From contig OX597815.1 in assembly GCA_951406725.2 (NCBI GenBank), positions 48,484,001 through 48,548,000 on the forward strand: 64,000 nt of DNA, read 5' to 3'. Source of the DNA: Octopus vulgaris. Its lineage: Eukaryota. Below, piece after piece: positions 1 to 10,780 of the stretch (positions are counted from its first letter, which is position 1; every line of letters starts with the position of its first letter). The notes under the pieces are model-generated. The model was not told where the DNA came from. It was given only the letters and a program-made list of their open reading frames with translations, and did no database searches. A program made the position numbers and the translations under genes.

Positions 1-1265
1 CTCCTTCGTGTATCACCTGGTTAACTATATGGGTGACTAGGCTATAGCCGACACTGCCAGATATTTTGAGCATCTCAGCAGTAATTCCTGATGGGCCTGG
101 GGCTTTCCCTGTCTTCATGCTTCCAATTGCCTTAACTACCATGGAACTGTCAACTCGGATAGCTGGTCCCTCTATTGGGTCGACATTCGGCAAGCTCTCT
201 TTATCCCATTCATTCTCTTTGATGAGCAACCTTTCATAGTGGCATCTCCAAACCTCTCTCTTTGCATCCTCATTTAGCGCAAGTGAACCATCATCCATGC
301 GAACACATTTCTCTCCTACCACATCACGATTCTCTCTCACACACTGTCTTGCAACACGAAACACCTCAAGTCTTTGGTCCTCACGGCGCAGAACATTGGC
401 AAATTTTTTCTTATCTGCTTCCCCTCTAGCTAAATATACTTGTCTCCTAGCTTCTCTTTTCGCAGTCTGATACAATTCCCTACTACCGCCTTTCCTCCAG
501 TCCTTCCAAGCCTGTCTCTTGTCTCTAATAGCCCTGTCTACAACATTGTTCCACCACCACGTTACCCTGGGACGAGATGGGACTTTGCTCCATCCACAGA
601 TCTGGTCAGTGGCTCTCTCAGCAGATTGTCCCGTAGAAACCTCCAGTTAACTTCCACATTATGTGATGCTATATCCCCTTCTATTTCGTCGAAAGCTTCG
701 AGTAGAACTTCTCTAAATCTCCATCCATTTACAGGATCTTTAAGTTTCCAGACTCTTCTCCTCCAAGCTGGTCTTCTTCTGGGCAGCCATTTGGCCCTGA
801 TCCTGAGGTCGCTAACTACTAATCTATGTTGAGGAGTACATTCCTCGCCTGGAAAGGTTTTGGCATTTATAAGCAGCCCTCTTTCCCTCTTTCTGGCGAG
901 GATGTAGTCCATCTGGCTTGTGTGTCTGCCAGAACGGTAGGTGACTAGGTGAGAGGTGGGTTTCCTGAAGCTGGTATTGCAAATCATAAGGTCATTTGCA
1001 TCGCAGAACTCCAGCAGCCTGGTTCCCTCATTGCGAGAACCAAAACCGTAGCCCCTGTGTATGCTATGGAAGCCCCTGACATGCCATCCAACATGTCCAT
1101 TGAAGTCACCTGCCACAAAGAGAAGGTCACTGTCATTTGTCAACGAGGTAGTCTGTAATAGAGTGTCATAGAATCGGTCTTTCTGTCCCTTCTGGTAGCC
1201 CCGGCTGAGGAGCATATGCCGAGATAATGGTTGCTGACCTATGATAAAGCACTAGTCTAATCTTA
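1..1265 (-). mobile_element. RTE-clade LINE ORF2 fragment (AP endonuclease through start of RT), frameshifted, runs off window start
   Basis: Minus-strand translation gives TIISAYAPQ, FVAGDFNGHVG, RNEGTRLLEFC, SQMDYIL, TPQHRLVV (APE endonuclease), then WWWNNVVD and MKTGKAPGPSGITAEML (RT N-terminus). Frameshifts near 1190 and ~610. Confidence 0.92.
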
Positions 1266-1577
1266 AAATCTATGTAAGTCAAATTTTTTGCCTAAATGAT
1301 AGAATGGGTAGTTATAAAATTTTATTAGACCATTTTAATGAATAATATTTGTAATTTTAAATTCATTTATACCTAGTATAAATACAATGATGTGCTCATT
1401 TTAGCAGCATTTTGCCTGTCCTTATATTCTGTGTTCAAATTCCCCAAAGATCGATTTTGCCTTTCATCCTTTTGGATAAATACCAGTTGAACACTGGGGT
1501 CGATGTAATTGACTCATCCCCTCCCCACAAATCACTGCATTTATGGCAAAATTTTAAACCATTATGATTATTGTTAA

Positions 1578-1790
1578 GGCTGTGAGTTGGCAGAATTGTT
1601 AGCATGCCAGGCAAAATGCTTGGAGGTTTTTTGTCCATCTTCAAATTCTGAGTTCAAATTCTGCCGATGTTGACTTTACCAGTCATCCTTTCAAGGTTGA
1701 TAAATTAAGTACCAGCTGAATACTGGGGTAGATGTAATTTACTATCCCCTTCTCTCAAATTTCAGGCCTTGTGCCTATTGTAGAAAGGAT
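1578..1790 (+). mobile_element. tRNA-derived SINE, family B (central GACTTTGCCTTTCATCCTTT...GATAAATTAAGTACCAG domain, possibly Meta-type)
   Basis: GGCAGAATTGTTAGCA head and GAGTTCAAATTC B-box. Homologous to copies at 10568, 14868, 22574, 23942 and 48690. A partial copy lies just upstream at 1433-1565. Confidence 0.75.
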
Positions 1791-1798
1791 TATTATTA

Positions 1799-1883
<85 letters not shown>
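1790..1883. repeat. (ATT)n microsatellite (SINE tail)
   Basis: About 30 ATT units seen directly. Confidence 0.95.
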
Positions 1884-1884
<1 letters not shown>

Positions 1885-2569
1885 GGTTTATAAAAGCATG
1901 CTATGTTAAACCTTATTGTAATATTATCTTTTATTATAACCTAGATGGAATGTACAGGATATCTATAACTTCTTTACTACTAGACTTTTATTAATTATTA
2001 TTTTCTCTTGTTTATTTTTGTTAACTTACAAACTGTATCTATCTATATGCTGGCACAGGTCATTTCTTCCATTAGATGATAAATGAGATTTGTTTGTCTC
2101 AATGTGTAAGCTTATACATTTATAAATATATAACTCCTGTTATACCCCACTTGGTACTGTAATCACAACCAATCTTGTACAGCAAAACTCTTATCAGTGT
2201 TCTCCATATCAACCTCATTATCTTTGTACTCCTCCCAAAGTTTATAAAATTGTCTTCATATTACAACTACATCTCTATAACAAATTAGTTCTAACATTTT
2301 TCACAATCCTCACTATCTGAAAAGCTATCCTCAACCAGGCAGTTGGTGCATATATCATCCATCTTTTACTTGTTTCAGTCATGCTGGGGCACATATTTCC
2401 ATCAATGTATCAAGAAGACCCATCCTCCAGAGCACTCTACTCAAGAAAACCTGTCCTCCACAGCACTGTACTCAAGAAGACCCATCCTCTGCAGCAGAAG
2501 TATTAAGTCAGCCCCTCTCCCACTCCGACTACTGGGGAAGAGGATTTGCCTGCAAGAGCCCCATGCATC

Positions 2570-2790
2570 TGCCATGTAAAAAGCACTCATGCTGACACCA
2601 TGCAAACGTATTCGTGCTGGTGCCATGTTAAAAGCAGCCAGCACACACTGTAAAGTGGTTGGCATTGGAAAGGGCATCCAGCTGTAAAAACCAAACCAAA
2701 TCAGACAGAAAGCCTGGTGCAGCTCTTCAGCTCTGGTTAAGCTGTCCAACCCATACCAGCATGGAAAATGAATGTTAAAGGATGTTGATG
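2570..2790 (+). mobile_element. RTE LINE 3' UTR fragment
   Basis: GGTTGGCATTGGAAAGGGCATCCAGCTGTA...CCAGCATGGAAAATGAATGTTAAA with a (GAT)n-like tail. Same sequence at 4020, 18050, 20598, 30790, 36333 and 58685. Confidence 0.75.
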
Positions 2791-2880
2791 TATCGTAGTT
2801 AATGTAAATATATCATGATAGACTAATTTACTGTAGTATTCACTGAGAGATAAAATGTCTTATGGATGTGCTATGTTTGT

Positions 2881-3040
2881 GTTGCTGTGTAGTAAGGAGC
2901 TTGCTTTCCACCCACATGGTTCTGGGTTCAGTCCCACTGCATGGCACCTTGGGCAAGAGTCTTCTACTATAGCCTCAAGCTGACCTAAGCCTTGTGAGTG
3001 GATTTGGTAGACAGAAACTGAAAGAAGCCCATCGTGTGTG

Positions 3041-3092
<52 letters not shown>

Positions 3093-3284
3093 TTTGTGTT
3101 TATGTTTGATCCCCCATCACTGTTTGACAACTGGTGTCAGTGTGCATACGCCCTTGTAACATTAGTAGTTTGGCAAAAGAGACTGATAGAATAAGTACTA
3201 GGCTTAAAAAATAACTCCTGGGGTCACGGTGGTGCTCTTACATGACTGCAGTCAAGTGAGTTAAGCAAGCAAAAGAATAGAAGA
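2881..3284 (+). mobile_element. tRNA-derived SINE, family A (bipartite, internal TA/TG microsatellite)
   Basis: B-box GGGTTCAGTCCC, GTGAGTGGATTTGGTAGAC, internal (TG)n, and a 3' half with GATAGAATAAGTACTAGGCTT. More than 12 copies in the window. Confidence 0.85.
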
Positions 3285-3349
3285 AAAAATATTGGAAGCA
3301 GATGAAAATTGTCCTAGCAGTGGCTGGTGAGCATTTCTGCTCTGTTGGA

Positions 3350-3510
3350 CCTGTAGTGGCCAAGTGTTTTGTAAGTTGCACTCATAATTCTGAGATCATA
3401 GTTTTGATTCCAAGACTGGCTGTGAATTGTGTTCTTGGGCAAAACACTTAATTTCACATCGTTCCAGTTTACTCAGCTGTAAATGAGTAACCTTGTGAAG
3501 GACTGGCATA
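3350..3510 (+). mobile_element. CORE-type SINE fragment (family C)
   Basis: TGTGTTCTTGGGCAAAACACTTAATTTCAC...CAGTTTACTCAGCTGTAAATGAGTA resembles the CORE domain. Homologous to 27938 and 53472. Confidence 0.6.
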
Positions 3511-4019
3511 CAAAGGTGAGATGGTGACTCGGGGAAAATTACCTGAATGGAGGTCTCACGAGCAACATTTTGTATTCAGTGACCAAAAGGGTGAGCACTA
3601 CAACCTGTACTGTGAGTCCGGTCTGTTTGGAATTAGTTGTTCTACCATGCTAAAGGTTGAATGATCAATTAGGCATTTTAAATAGTGCAGCATACTCACA
3701 GCCAACCACATGTTTAGATGAAATTTGTCGCAACAGATATATAACAAGGCCAAAATGCATCTTGTGCTCTCACCACTGCTGGAACAATTTTTGTCTGCCT
3801 GCAATATATGTAATCATGTGACTGATGTTACACATTGCTGGTCACAGTGCATTTTGCATTGTTTCAAATTTCTACTGATGCCATCCCACTGCCTAGGTGA
3901 GCAGACCAACATTTACCCCTGACCAAAAGGGGGACTAGAGCAACATAAAATGAAGTGCTTTGCCCAAGAACACACTGCACTGCCTAGTCTGGGAATTGAA
4001 CCCGTGATCTAGCAATCCC

Positions 4020-4230
4020 AGTGCCTGCTGACTGGCTCCCATGCTGGTGGCACATAAAATGCACCCACCACACTCTCAGAGTGATTCGCATTAAGAAGAG
4101 CATCCAGGTGTAGAAACCTTGCCAAATCAGATTGGAACCTGGTGCAGCCTACTGGCTTGCCAATCCTCAGTCAAACTGTCCACCCCATGCCAGCAATGAA
4201 AGTGGACGTTAAACGATGATGATGATGAGG
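4020..4230 (+). mobile_element. RTE LINE 3' UTR fragment
   Basis: Ends GTGGACGTTAAACGATGATGATGATG; same family as 18050-19330. Confidence 0.75.
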
Positions 4231-4487
4231 AGGAGTGTTTCTTTTTCTCTTTTTTGCACTAAATCCTTAATAAATGTCACTATTAATTACGTATTATTTG
4301 AGACAACAAAGCTGCATAATATGTAGATTGAAAGAATGAACAAAAGAGTACCTATATATATAAATATATTCTTATTTAAATATATCTTTTAACTCTTACT
4401 TGCTTCAGTCATTAGACTGTGAACCATGCTGGCACACCACCTTGACAGATTTTCGGTTGATTGAATCAACCCCAGTACTTATTTTCT

Positions 4488-4984
4488 ATAGCAGTATCGC
4501 CTGGCGTTGCTCGGGTTTGTAAGGGAAATAACTATATAAGCATTTTTAGAGAGTTACTTCCCTTATAGATGCCAATTCGGGCTTTCTTAGCCATTTCTGT
4601 TTTGGTGTCTTCAAGCCATGAAGTCGTTGTTCTAAAAGAACGCTGGTCTCCTTGACAACGCTTTACGACGTTGATTTCCTTACACTCCCTTCCCCACAGC
4701 TTCACGAGGGAGGGAAGAAGGGGGAGAAGCAAACAGGTGCAGGTGTGACCATGGACGCCAACTCCGCCGCCATCGACACACGAAAAATTATGCATTAAAA
4801 TGGAATAAAAAATGATGTTAAATAATTTTTAAAATCGTAGACTCATCGTAGACACGCGCTAATACTCAGACAGGCTTGATATGAATCACGACTATAAGAT
4901 ACCCGAATTTGGTTAAACTGCACCGCAAAATGTGGGAGTAGTTAGGAATCTAAATCGAAGGGGACAGACACTCACACAACTACA

Positions 4985-4995
<11 letters not shown>
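4488..4995 (-). mobile_element. Non-autonomous Helitron, variant copy
   Basis: Same ends as 6676-7069 and 32088-32484: a subterminal hairpin (C[C/T]GGCGTTGCTCGGG) near a degenerate CTAG end. The 5' end merges into (TA)n. Confidence 0.75.
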
Positions 4996-5049
<54 letters not shown>

Positions 5050-5051
<2 letters not shown>

Positions 5052-6140
5052 CAAGCTTTATAAAATAAACAAAAGACGAAGGCAGGTGGAAAACAAACGA
5101 ACAATTGTATTAGTATGGCGCTCAGGAAATATAAATAAAACAAGTCTTTAACGTTTCGAGCCTACGCTCTTCAACAGAAAGATACACAGAGAGAGAAAAA
5201 CACAGAAAGAAGGAGAGAAAAACATATAACGAATCAACATGGCGATCTGATTTCAGGCCAGAGGTCAAAGATCAAACATGAGACGCGAGAGCGAAATAAG
5301 GGGAGATAATAGGGTTGATAAATGGGTTGAGGGACCAGCTAAAAGTGCGTGGGAGGGGTCTGGATGTGTGTATGTATAGGGTTGGTGTATGTATTAGTAT
5401 GTATAAGTGTGTGTGTGTGTATGAGAGAGTATTAGTGCGTAAGATTGGTCTGGACGTGCGTATGTATGGGGTTGGTGTATGTATTAGTATGTATTAGTAT
5501 GTATTAGTACGTATTGGTATGTATAGGTGTGTGTGTGTGTGTGAGAGAGAGTATAAGTGCGTATGAGAGGTCTGGACGTGTGTATGTATAGGGTTGGTGT
5601 AAGTATTAGTATGTACTAGTATGTATTAGTACGTATTAGTATGTATTAGTTGGTGTGTGTATTAGTATGGCACATCATATGTGATGTGATGTGTAAAGTC
5701 ATGTGGTGTAGTGAGGAGAAGAGGGGGGAGAAGAGGGGGAGAGAAGGGGAGGGGAAGAAGAGGGGGAGGAGAAGGAGGGAGAGGAGAGGATGGGGAGAAG
5801 GAAGGGGATGAGGGGGATAAGGAGGAAAGAGGGAGAGGGGGAGAGAGAAGGGGAGAGAGGGAGTGAGGGAGCAGAGGGAAGGGGAAGAGGGAGGGAGAAA
5901 GAGGGAAGAAGGGAAGGGGAGTAGGGTGAAAGGATGAAGGACTGAAGAAGTAGGGGTCGGGGGAGAAAGGATAGGTGAGGAGGGGGGAGAGGGGGTTAGA
6001 TGAGGAGGGGGGAGAGTTGAGACCAAATGGCGTATAAGAGCGAAGAGAGAAGATTAATTCCTGTTCACGGCGCAAACGGGAATCCGGATGGCCTCTGTGT
6101 AAGGACAAACCGAACACAGATAGGTGTTGGGAGTGACCGT

Positions 6141-6143
<3 letters not shown>
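5050..6143 (-). mobile_element. 5'-truncated Penelope-like element 3' end (GIY-YIG C-terminus plus 3' UTR with hammerhead)
   Basis: Minus frame HGHSQHLSVFGLSLHRGHPDSRLRREQELIFSLRSYTPFGLNS matches the PLE endonuclease C-terminus (R..E..IF.L....P.GLN). Minimal HHR at 5145-5182. (TA)n on both sides. Confidence 0.82.
5145..5182 (-). ncRNA. Minimal type I hammerhead ribozyme motif (core variant CUGUUGA)
   Basis: Reverse complement reads TCTTT-CTGTTGA-A-GAGC(gtag)GCTC-GAAAC-GT-T-AAAGA: 5-bp stem I, 4-bp stem II, palindromic ACGT stem III. Confidence 0.75.
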
Positions 6144-6190
<47 letters not shown>

Positions 6191-6192
<2 letters not shown>

Positions 6193-6650
6193 ACCGATCC
6201 CCACACTCAAGACTCTGCTTGGAACAGCGCTATATCTTTAATTTACAGACTGTTATCCCCCACAAACTAAGCACAACCCCCTCCTCCTAGTGACTGCCAC
6301 TACACCTCCTGCAACAAGCAACTTAATTTCTTTTCTCATTTTTCATTTTTTACTTGTAATTGCGCCTTTTATATTGCATTAACTTCCTTATCTATTTTCA
6401 ACCTTAATTTTATACTTTATTGTTTTTATAATTTTTTGTTATGTGACCACGTGTGTATTGTTGGCGATTTTTTTCCTCCGTTCTCCCTTCCTTGGATCTT
6501 TCCTTTTTCTATGTTTCTGATGAAGAGCTCCACTCGAAATGTTAAATCCTCCTTCTTTCTTTCCTTTCCTGAGCTTCCAATAACACTATACTTGTTCCAC
6601 GTCATCGCATTGTTGTGTTTTCTCTTTGTGCTTTCATGTTTGGATTAACT
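6191..6650 (+). mobile_element. 5'-truncated Penelope-like element 3' end with hammerhead
   Basis: HRSPHSRLCLEQRYIFNLQTVIPHKLSTTPSS* is a GIY-YIG C-terminus. HHR at 6513-6547. Ends TTAACT followed by (AT)n. 3' part is homologous to 42325-42523. Confidence 0.8.
6513..6547 (+). ncRNA. Minimal type I hammerhead ribozyme motif
   Basis: GTTT-CTGATGA-A-GAG(ctcca)CTC-GAAAT-GT-T-AAAT. GAAAC appears as GAAAT, probably CpG decay. Confidence 0.72.
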
Positions 6651-6675
6651 ATATATATATATATATATATATATA

Positions 6676-7066
6676 CTAGCAGTATCACCCGGCGTTGCTC
6701 GGGTTTGTAAGGGAAATAACTATATAAGCATTTTTAGAGATGTAAAGTATAAAAGCCATCTCAATATGTCTAACCACAAAGGGGGATGTTACTGTAGCTT
6801 TTTACGTCTTGAGATTTAATAATACATTTTTAGAGAGTTACTTCCCTTATATAATAGCAAAAAAATGCATTAAAAATGGGGAAAAATGATGGTAAATTTT
6901 TTTAAAATCGTAGACTCATCGTAGACGCGCACTAATACCCAGAAGGGCTCGATATGAATCACGACTATAAGATACCCGCTTTTGGTTACACTGCATCACA
7001 AAATGTGAGAGTAGTTAGGAATCTAAATCATAGGAGACAGACACACAACTTCACTTTTATATATAA

Positions 7067-7069
<3 letters not shown>
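6676..7069 (-). mobile_element. Non-autonomous Helitron, complete ends
   Basis: Minus strand starts A|TC and ends with hairpin CCCGAGCAACGCCGGG plus CTAG|T. Closely similar to 32088-32484. Embedded in (TA)n. Confidence 0.85.
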
Positions 7070-7121
<52 letters not shown>

Positions 7122-7354
7122 TCTTTTATGTTATAATAAAAAAGAATTTTTCTTCAAATTGAAGGATTACTTAATACATTTTGTAGGGTACAAATTAACT
7201 ATTCTTTAACAAGAATAGTATTGACAGTGACTTTGAAGTTCCAGCAAACTAAGCCACCATCAAGCTTGTTATATACATATGTGCATGCACATCTGCATGC
7301 ATTATGTATGTATGTATGTATGTATGTATGTATGTATGTATGTATGTATGTATG

Positions 7355-7388
<34 letters not shown>

Positions 7389-8291
7389 TGCATGCATGCA
7401 TGTATATGCATGTTTGTAGGTATGTATATTACCAGTCTGGTACAAAAAGATTTACTTCTTGTAACCATTAATTTTAATACAATTACTTTAATATAAAAAA
7501 AAAACCTATTAAAATCTTCAGATTTTCATCAATGACAAACCAGTTTGCCAACTGTAGTAAAATGGAAAGCAGAATACACGATGGAATCCATGAATTCTTT
7601 GAAAGTGTTTTGTGCCGCTATTTTGTTATTTGAAGACATTTTATTGGAACCATTTGAAATATTTGTTAGTTCTGTCACATTCTCAGAATAATAGCTGAAT
7701 AATGTATCAATATGTGTAACTATGAATCAATGAAACATTTATCAATTTTTTTATTGAATCATATGAGTGCAATTTTGTTGTTGGTCCTAGTCATTTGCTT
7801 TGTGAATTATTTGTTATGTACAGAATACAAAAAAGTCTATTCTTTTGCTATTTTAAATCACAGAATGAAGCTTTTTGCAAAAAATGTTGTAACTAATGGA
7901 TTATTAAATGAAATATTTTTGTGCTAACATTTGTGTTTGCAGTATTCATTCAACGCAAAAAATAATCTTATCAATTTTGGTGAGTACCAAGCCACATACA
8001 TACACATGTATATGCCATGGGTTTCCTCAATGTTTTCCTTTAATCGATTCCACTCATGACATACAAGGCAGCCTGAAGCTATAGCAGGAGACAGCCCCAG
8101 ATGCTATACAATGTGACCAAGTAAATAATACCAAGGTCTGAAACAACTTGGCTGTGAAGTGAACTTCATCACTCCACATCAATACCTGTGATTGACTGAG
8201 TGATGGTTGTATGTATGTATGTATGTATGTATGTATGTATGTATGTATGTATGTATGTATGTATGTATGCATGTATGTATTTATGTATGTC

Positions 8292-8638
8292 ATTATTCAA
8301 TTTATTTCAAGATTTCTTGCTAATAGAGAAAGAGCTGGTTTCTAACCAAGATCTAAGGCTCCTTCATTAGAATTTCAGCATCAACAGCACTTTTGTATAT
8401 ATGTATATGTGCAGGTTTGTATGTTTTGTTTCATGTATGTTTTCTCATGCATAAAGTTGCATGTCTCTTCATGTTCATATATACTTAAATGATAAACTTT
8501 TGGAAAGTTTTAAAGATTTTTACAGTTCCAGTGATGGATTGGATCTGTAGTCTTCATATCAACTTTCTCCTTTCTGGTTTTGAGAAGTCTAATTTCTGAA
8601 GATTGGTATTTAGGTGATGTGTTACATATGGAAATATA
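8292..8638 (-). mobile_element. R4/Dong-clade RLE retrotransposon, short 3' end (family flanked by (CATA)n)
   Basis: Minus translation YVTHHLNTNLQKLDFSKPERRKLI*RLQIQSITGTVKIFKTF. Homologous to the 3' end of 9027-10392. (TATG)n on both sides. Confidence 0.75.
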
Positions 8639-8689
8639 AGTATGTATGTATGTATGTATGTATGTATGTATGTATGTATGTATGTATAT

Positions 8690-8973
8690 ATTCTATTAGC
8701 CTTTTTTGCTGAACCACTAAGTTATGGGATGTTCTATCAGTTTCTTTTGCTGAATATAAAGACGGGACAAACACATACACACACGCACATATACATAAAT
8801 ATGTATATATATGACGGACTTCTTTCAGTTTCAGTCTACCAAAGCCACTCACAGGACTTTGGTCAGCCTGAAGCTATAGTAGAAGACACTTCCTCAAGGT
8901 TCTAGTCAGTGGGGCTGAACCCAGAATCATATAGTTGAGAAGCAAACTTCTTACCACACAGACACACCTGTGC
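8690..8973 (-). mobile_element. SINE family A, diverged
   Basis: CTTCTTTCAGTTTCAGTCTACCAAA...CTGAACCCAGAATC...CTTACCACACAG is the reverse complement of the family A head. Confidence 0.75.
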
Positions 8974-8986
8974 CTATATGTATGTA

Positions 8987-9026
<40 letters not shown>

Positions 9027-9027
<1 letters not shown>

Positions 9028-10392
9028 TTATTTATTCAATTTATTTCAAGATTTCCTGCCAATGTTCCTTCAATGGAATTTCAACATCAACAACAGGGTA
9101 TTATTGCTTGTATGTATGTATATATGTATGTATGTATGTATGTATGCATGTATGTATGTATGTATGTATGTATGTATGTATGTATGTATGTATGTATGTA
9201 TGTATGTATGATGTATGTATGTATGTATGTATGCATGCATGCATGCATGCATGTATGTATGCATGCATGCATGTATGTATGTATGTATGTATGTATGTGC
9301 AGATTTGTATGTTTTATGTATGTATTCTCATGTATATAATTGCATCTAGGCATGCTCATATATATTTAAATGATAAACTTCTGAGTGATGGATTGGATTC
9401 ATAGTCTTTGAATTAGCTTCCTCCTTTCTGGTTTTGAGAAGCCTAATTTCTCAAGATTGGTATTTAGGTAGTGTGTTACATATCCCAAGGCCCTAATAAT
9501 TACAGGTATAAATTTGAACTTTTAACCTAGATAGAGTAACTGCAAATTTCTCAATAGTTCAGTATAGGTATTCTCTTTTTCACTGATCTTCAGCTTTACG
9601 TTAACATCCACTGGGCAGCTAATTTCAACAAATGTGCACAGTTTCTCTTCTCTAGCTCAAATCATTATATCAGGTCTGTTGTGCTTACATTTTATTGAGG
9701 TCTTCACTGGGAGATTCCACCAGCATTCTTTTTTATTATGCGTGGCTATGGCTTTTACTATATTGTGGGTTCTTATTTCTTTGTCCTCGGGATTATCCTT
9801 CCGATGGATTTCATTATATGTCGTGTCTCATCAGTAGATAATATTGTGATGACATTTTCGGACAACTGCTTATAATGTGTGTGATATCTTTAGTGTGAAC
9901 TCCACAAAGTCTGCATTGATTGTCACATTTTCCTGCATCTCTATCCCTTTTGTGCATTAGGTACTTGGTTGATATTTCCTGTTCCTGGATTGCAAATGTA
10001 TACCCTTCAAAGTGGGAGGTAGTAATCCAGCTATTGGTCCATGATTAACTGTTTTGATGATCGATGTTACTATCATCTTGGAGCTTTCTACTAACATATC
10101 CATGCATAGTCTTCTGCTTATATCAGCTCATCCTTTCATCTGATGATACATTGCAGTAGTGTTGTGTGACTTCTTTGGGCAAATAATCTAGGTTATCAGA
10201 CAAAGAGTCTTATGATGTTATCAGCCTCATGTATGCAAACTTGGTCAAGAGATGCACTTTGACACTTTGTGGTTAAAAGATGTTGCCGAACGGATATGTT
10301 GTGATATTCAAAGGCATTTTGGATTGATGTTAAGCTTCTACCACCTTGTTTTCATTTTAGGTCAAGGTGGTCTACATCTCTGTTTATGTGGA
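9027..10392 (-). mobile_element. R4/Dong-clade non-LTR retrotransposon, 5'-truncated (CCHC plus RLE domain, decayed)
   Basis: Minus translation FEGYTFAIQEQEISTKYL, CRLCGVHTKDITHIISSC (CCHC), RHD, WWNLPVKT..KHNRPDIMI, VEISCP, KENTY, IPVIIRALG. In-frame stops present. Confidence 0.88.
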
Positions 10393-10517
10393 AATTATGT
10401 GTGTATGCATGTATTTATGTATGCATGTGTGTGTGTATGTATGTATGTATGTATGTATGTATGTATGTATGTATGTATGTATGTATGTATGTATGTATGT
10501 ATGTGTCTATCTATCTA

Positions 10518-10558
<41 letters not shown>

Positions 10559-10567
10559 CATCAACAT

Positions 10568-10780
10568 AGGTGAGCTGGCAGAAACATTAGCATGCCGGGC
10601 AAAATGTTTAGTGACATTTCATCTGTCTTTAGATTCTAAGTTCAAATTCTGCCAAGGTTGACTTTGACTTTCATCCTTTTAGGGTCGATAAATTAAGTGC
10701 TAGTTGCGTCCTGGGGTCAATCTATCCGACTGTCCCCCTCTCCCAAAATTTCAGGCCTTGTGCCTAGAGTAGAAAAGAAT
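10568..10780 (+). mobile_element. SINE family B
   Basis: AGGTGAGCTGGCAGAAACATTAGCA...GACTTTCATCCTTTTAGGGTCGATAAATTAAG. Confidence 0.75.

Noticed and set aside
440-832. 130-aa plus-strand ORF
   Set aside because: Antisense shadow of the RTE ORF2 fragment.
2410-2497. 31-bp tandem repeat (about 2.8 units)
   Set aside because: Resembles the RTE ORF2 terminal sequence (GTACT..AGAAGACC) and lies just upstream of an RTE 3' UTR, so it is probably a local duplication within that element.
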